The translations under genes were made by a program, and so were the position numbers. A stretch of DNA of 29,016 bases from Minisyncoccia bacterium (GTDB lineage Bacteria > Patescibacteriota > Minisyncoccia > Phycocordibacterales > UBA9973). The notes below the pieces were generated by a model. It searched no databases and was not told the DNA's origin. It saw nothing but the letters and a program-made list of their open reading frames with translations. The DNA lies in assembly GCA_049303695.1 (NCBI GenBank), contig JBAQNK010000001.1:1-29016 (forward strand). The letters run 5' to 3'. Below, piece by piece: positions 26,361-29,016 of the stretch (position 1 is its first letter; every line of letters begins with the position of its first letter).

Positions 26361-27614
26361 ATGAGACAATCAAAACTTTTTACTAAAACAAAGAAAGAAA
26401 GCCCAGCTGATGAAGTATCAAAAAACGCTGAATTTCTTATACGTGGCGGATTTGTGCATAAAGAGATGGCTGGAGTTTATAGCTATCTGCCTTTAGGTTT
26501 TCGTGTGCTTAAAAAAATTGAAAATATAATAAGAGAAGAAATGAATTCTGTCGGCGGTCAGGAAATTTTAATGTCGTCTTTTCAGCCAAAAGAAAATTGG
26601 GAAAAAACAGGCAGATGGGATTCAATGGATGATTTATATAAAGTTAGTGATTCATCTGGCAGGGAAGTTGCCCTTGGTCCGACACATGAAGAAATTGTTG
26701 TGCCTATTTTGAAAAATTACATTTCTTCTTATAAAGATTTTCCTGTTGCTATATATCAAATTCAAAATAAATTCAGAATGGAGCTTCGTGCAAAATCAGG
26801 AATGCTTCGAGGTAGGGAATTTATTATGAAAGATATGTATTCTTTTCATACATCGCAAGAAGACTTTGAAAATTTTTATGAAAAAATGAAAGATGTTTAT
26901 AAAAGTATTTTTCAAAGAGTTGGTATTGGGCATTTGACTTATATGACTTTTGCTTCAGGTGGAACTTTCTCAAAATATTCTCATGAGTTCCAAACTGTTA
27001 CACCAGCAGGAGAAGACACAATTTATATTGATGAAGAAAAAAGTATTGCCGTCAATAAAGAAGTTTTTAATGATGAAGTACTTGAAAGTTTAGGGCTTGA
27101 AAAAGAAAAATTATCTGAAAATCGTTCTATTGAAGTTGGTAATATTTTTGATTTGAAAATAAAATATTCAAAACCTTTTGATTTATCGTTTACAGATGAA
27201 AAAGGCAAAAAACATACTGTTTTAATGGGTTGTTATGGGATAGGACTCGGTCGTCTTATGGGCACTGTTGTGGAGGCTTTAGCAGATGATAAGGGGATAA
27301 TTTGGCCTGAATCTATCGCTCCATTTCAAATACATTTGCTTTCTTTGGGAGATGATGAAAAAGTGGAAGAAGAAGCAAATAAAGTTTATGAAGATTTAAT
27401 TAAAGCTAATGTTGAAGTTTTGTTTGATGACAGAAAAGATTTGTCTGCTGGAGAAAAATTTGCTGATGCGGATCTTTTGGGTATGCCATACAGAGCAGTT
27501 GTTTCTTTAAGGAGTATTAAGGAAGGAGGAATTGAATTGAAAAAACGAACTGAAGAGAAAGGGCAAATCATCAGCATAGATGAATTAATAACTTTACTAA
27601 ATTCTAATGTTTAA
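26361..27614 (+). CDS. proS: Proline--tRNA ligase, short bacterial type (no INS editing domain)
   Basis: MRQSKLFTKT, LGPTHEE, YQIQNKFRMELRAKSGMLRGREFIMKDMYSF, IEVGNIFDL, MGCYGIGLGRL, anticodon-binding domain GEKFADADLLGMP. Confidence 0.95.
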   Translation: MRQSKLFTKTKKESPADEVSKNAEFLIRGGFVHKEMAGVYSYLPLGFRVLKKIENIIREEMNSVGGQEILMSSFQPKENWEKTGRWDSMDDLYKVSDSSGREVALGPTHEEIVVPILKNYISSYKDFPVAIYQIQNKFRMELRAKSGMLRGREFIMKDMYSFHTSQEDFENFYEKMKDVYKSIFQRVGIGHLTYMTFASGGTFSKYSHEFQTVTPAGEDTIYIDEEKSIAVNKEVFNDEVLESLGLEKEKLSENRSIEVGNIFDLKIKYSKPFDLSFTDEKGKKHTVLMGCYGIGLGRLMGTVVEALADDKGIIWPESIAPFQIHLLSLGDDEKVEEEANKVYEDLIKANVEVLFDDRKDLSAGEKFADADLLGMPYRAVVSLRSIKEGGIELKKRTEEKGQIISIDELITLLNSNV

Positions 27615-28653
27615 AAAATTTTACAAATTAATTTCAAATGACATAGGGATAGATCTCGGTACTTCAAATACTTTAGTTTATTTGAAAGGGCATGGCATCG
27701 TTATTAACGAGCCGTCTGTCGTAGCAGTCAATAAAAAAACAAATCAAATTCTTGCTGTTGGAATTAATGCAAAAGAAATGCTTGGCAGAACTCCAGGACA
27801 CATCAGCGCTATTCGTCCGCTTGTTGATGGCGTGATTTCAGATTTTGAAGTTACTGAAGAAATGCTTTCATATCTTATAAACAAAGCTGACAAAATGTCT
27901 AAGAAATTCGCAAGGCCAAGAGTGTTGGTGGGTGTTCCTTCTGGAATCACAAATGTTGAGACTCGCGCGGTTTACGATGCAGCGCGTTCTGCTGGAGCTC
28001 GTGAAGTTTATTTGATAGAAGAGCCAATGTCAGCAGCTATCGGAATACGCCTTCCTATAAAAGATCCTGTGGGTTCTATGATTATAGACATCGGAGGTGG
28101 AACGACAGATATTGCAGTTATTTCTTTAGGCGGAATAGTTAAATCAAAGAATTTGAAAATAGCTGGTGACAGATTGAATAATGACATCATCACATATATG
28201 CGTGATGAATTTAAAATACTTATCGGCGAGGGAACAGCTGAAGCTGTAAAGATTGCGATTGGGTCTGTAATGCCGGGCGAATATATGGAAACAGAAGTTC
28301 GTGGCCGCGACCTTTTGACTGGTCTTCCACGTGAAGTTATCGTTACAGATTCTGATATTCGTGAAGCATTTTCATTATCTATCAAAGAATTTGTAGAAGG
28401 AGTGAAAGATGTTTTAGAAACAACTCCGCCTGAAATATTATCTGACATAATGCATAGAGGCATTACTCTCTCTGGTGGTGGCGCTTTACTTAACGGCTTG
28501 GACAGATTTTTGCAGAATATTCTTAAGATACCAGTTTATATTGTAGATGATCCTCTTTCTGCAGTTGCTCGCGGGACAGGAATTGTTTTAGATGACATAG
28601 AGTCTTATAAAGAAGTTTTGATTGGTAATCAAGATGAGCTACCTCCTAGATAA
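27607..28653 (+). CDS. mreB: Rod shape-determining actin MreB
   Basis: DIGIDLGTSNT, EPSVVA, IRPLVDGVISDF, IIDIGGGTTD, LSGGGALL. Confidence 0.97.
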   Translation: MFKKFYKLISNDIGIDLGTSNTLVYLKGHGIVINEPSVVAVNKKTNQILAVGINAKEMLGRTPGHISAIRPLVDGVISDFEVTEEMLSYLINKADKMSKKFARPRVLVGVPSGITNVETRAVYDAARSAGAREVYLIEEPMSAAIGIRLPIKDPVGSMIIDIGGGTTDIAVISLGGIVKSKNLKIAGDRLNNDIITYMRDEFKILIGEGTAEAVKIAIGSVMPGEYMETEVRGRDLLTGLPREVIVTDSDIREAFSLSIKEFVEGVKDVLETTPPEILSDIMHRGITLSGGGALLNGLDRFLQNILKIPVYIVDDPLSAVARGTGIVLDDIESYKEVLIGNQDELPPR

Positions 28654-29016
28654 AAAAATAAAAAGAAATAATTTTTTAAAAATTGGTTTAGGTATTTTTG
28701 TTTTGCTTATTTTAATATATTTTAGAGCAGGTATTTTTAATGGATTGTCTTATGCTACGAATACTGTTTTTAAATCTGTTTTAGTTTTTGGAAATAATGT
28801 CGGAGATAAATTATCAAACACTGGTTCTTTTTTTTCTTCTAAAAAATCTCTTTTACAAGAGAATGAAAATTTAAAAACTCAATTAACCGATGCTTCAACA
28901 AAAATGTTGAATTACAATTCTGTTTTAGATGAAAATATTAAAATTAAAGAAATAATGGGAAGAATGAAAGCTGGGCAGATGACTTTGGCTGGCATTTTAT
29001 CTAAACCAAATCAATC
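28634..29016 (+). CDS. mreC: Rod shape-determining protein MreC, 5' part (truncated by window edge)
   Basis: Frame from ATG 28634 stays open to the edge: MSYLLDKKIKRNNFLKIGLGIFVLLILIYF (TM)...LLQENENLKTQL...ENIKIKEIMGR...LAGILSKPNQ (coiled coil then beta domain); overlaps the mreB stop. Not in the ORF track. Confidence 0.85.
   Translation, partial: MSYLLDKKIKRNNFLKIGLGIFVLLILIYFRAGIFNGLSYATNTVFKSVLVFGNNVGDKLSNTGSFFSSKKSLLQENENLKTQLTDASTKMLNYNSVLDENIKIKEIMGRMKAGQMTLAGILSKPNQ

Noticed and set aside
481..28463. Many short ORFs antisense to or overlapping the core genes (e.g. 730-1011, 12475-12765, 16417-16782, 18953-19195, 28008-28463)
   Set aside because: They are shadows of conserved genes with no motifs. 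The Phe-rich ones simply mirror Lys-rich sense codons.
1..29016. CRISPR array, rRNA, self-splicing introns or inteins (e.g. in rpoB, rpoC, dnaG), recoded stop codons
   Set aside because: No spaced repeat array or rRNA-like sequence. The large genes are continuous and of normal or short length under the standard bacterial code.

Overview
AT-rich bacterial chromosome segment made almost entirely of housekeeping genes. Compact proteins, gene order, fusions and missing Shine-Dalgarno motifs suggest Patescibacteria/CPR (Parcubacteria-like); this taxonomy is inferred. Order: rpmF (partial), nusB-Nudix fusion, rnc, short smc, orphan; DD-carboxypeptidase/CapA fusion and rnr (minus); rpsP, khpA, trmD; small PHA_gran_rgn-like ORF (minus); rpoB, rpoC, dnaG, rpoD; DsbA-like (minus); Cys-rich DUF378, GT2 synthase, CxxC membrane protein, orphan; tRNA-Thr, hypothetical, tsf, rpsB (minus); proS, mreB, mreC (partial). 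No CRISPR array, transposase, integrase, phage or defence genes were seen. Best leads: an 83-bp palindromic element translated in frame inside trmD; a 744-aa SMC with no apparent hinge or zinc hook; several rifamycin-pocket substitutions in RpoB; apparently leaderless promoters for rpsB, proS, rpsP and rnr; two unrelated orphan genes sharing one promoter design; and a small thiol-redox/polysaccharide cluster. All calls come from reading motifs by eye; no searches were run.
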